Of a stretch of DNA of 64,000 nucleotides, positions 62,915 through 64,000 are shown piece by piece. The DNA is from Haliotis cracherodii (Eukaryota). The stretch covers positions 19,654,001 to 19,718,000 of the forward strand of contig NW_027266297.1 in the NCBI RefSeq assembly GCF_022045235.1, written 5' to 3'. The position numbers and the translations under genes are program-made. The notes under the pieces were generated by a model that saw nothing but the letters and a program-made list of their open reading frames with translations, ran no database searches and was not told the origin of the DNA. Each line of letters opens with the position of its first letter. The first letter of the stretch is position 1.

Positions 62915-63021
62915 TATGTCAACTGAGGAAGACATCTGCCAAAACCATGCATCAGTACTATCAACTCTTGAATTGACCCGAAGACATGTCCATTCCTCTT
63001 TTGGACTGGATTGCAAAGCTC

Positions 63022-63115
63022 CATAGCCTAGTGGTTAAAGCGTTCGCTCGTCACGCCGAAGACCCGATGTCCCCCCTGCTAGAGGGCGTAAAACCACACT
63101 CACTCACTCACTCAT
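63022..63115 (+). mobile_element. SINE family A, internally deleted, abutting the RT relic
   Basis: Head TAGCCTAGTGGTTAAAGCGTTCGCTCGTCACGCCGAAGACCC joined to the tail and (CACT)n. Confidence 0.8.
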
Positions 63116-63121
63116 TATGCA

Positions 63122-63730
63122 TATGAATTTCTGCTCGGATTTGCAAAGTCAAAACAAGGTAATTTGCCCCAGAAGTTTAACTTGAGCTTCGGGTATATCG
63201 ATGATCTGATATCGTTCAATTACCATCAAATAGCTAATTCATTTCAGTGATTTAACCACCTGATCTAGAAATAAAGGAGACCAGTGAGACCGCTCCATCT
63301 ATTTCGTATTTAGAATAAAGATTCAGTGTGACAAAACACTCGCCACAAGACTGTATGTGGGATGTCTTCAAGTTTCCCTTTATGTCGAGCTTTCCCTTTA
63401 TGTCGAGCTTTCGCTTTATGTCGAGCTTTCCCTTTATGTCGAGCTTTTCCTTTATGTCGAGCTTTTCCTTTATGTCGAGCTTTCCCTTTATGTCGAGCTT
63501 TTCCTTTATGTCGAGCAATACTTTTGAGGTACAATCGAGCATGCTCTACCAAGATTTCAAAGAGCCTCATGCAACCCTTACTCAAAAGTTGTTTGATCAA
63601 GGTTACAATATTCACGGCCTCGGTAAAGCTTTCAAAAGGTTTCATGGCAGACACATGTAGGACATTTCCAAATTTGACGCATCGGTTCCAAATATGATGT
63701 CCGATGCATTTCCATATTTTGACTCGTACC
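63122..63730 (+). pseudogene. Penelope-like retroelement reverse-transcriptase relic (C-terminal part; possibly Naiad-type)
   Basis: YEFLLGF..KFNLSFGYIDDLISFN (YIDD at 63194-63205), PPDLEIKETSET..SYLE, FPFMSSN, RYNRACS, LTQKLFDQGY..KAFKRFHGRH. Stops and frameshifts present; no GIY-YIG after the RT. Confidence 0.8.
63372..63516 (+). repeat. 18-bp tandem expansion (TTTCCCTTTATGTCGAGC, about 8 copies) inside the RT relic
   Basis: In-frame amplification of the FPFMSS codons. Confidence 0.92.
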
Positions 63731-64000
63731 ATATGTTTCCGTGATTGCTAGGTCATCTATTGACTTCCCTTTGCATGTGTTTGTGACGGATGCCACCGGT
63801 TGGGCAGGATACGCTCACCTCTTCACGAAAACCTGATATCATCACTATTTGATAGTGATTCGTGAACACATGTTCATGATATAGCCGGAATCGTACAATC
63901 GACTCTCTTTTTGGCAGAGATCTCTTGTGAACATGGAAAGGGTTTTGTCGCTTTTGTTTCCAGGAACACCATGTTTATGGTATACTCGTACGACGGAGTC

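Noticed and set aside
63783-63845. SECIS element (TGAC...TGAT) in the PLE 3' UTR
   Set aside because: The better register is a plain CGGGTG/CACCTG stem; the second GA is not conserved in other copies (TGGT, TGTT), and there is no long helix II with apical AA.

Overview
Eukaryotic (metazoan) genomic DNA, AT-rich and repeat-dense, with two assembly gaps. The SINE repertoire ((GAGT)n and (AAAC)n tails, Meta-type core) suggests a mollusc, possibly a gastropod such as abalone; this is an inference. The only convincing protein-coding gene is a two-exon SoxF (Sox7/17/18-like) HMG-box transcription factor on the minus strand: CDS join(54631..54331, 51389..50215), about 491 aa, with a TATA box at ~54865 and AATAAA at ~49320. 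The ~49 kb downstream of it has no recognisable host gene. It holds four SINE families (here A-D), a decayed Tc1-like transposon, Penelope-like RT relics, several MITEs, a 2.5-kb CAC...GTG non-autonomous DNA transposon with nested inserts, and several minisatellites. The most interesting signals are in the non-coding mobilome: (1) a pseudoknot-capable structured RNA head at the precise 5' end of SINE D (ribozyme candidate); (2) one covarying 3' stem-loop shared by four otherwise unrelated SINE families; (3) a covarying three-way junction behind the Penelope-like RT; (4) a TSD-flanked tandem/inverted concatemer carrying an internal tRNA-like module; (5) a SINE apparently moved as cargo with its upstream flank. 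All alignments and folds were done by eye and need computational confirmation.
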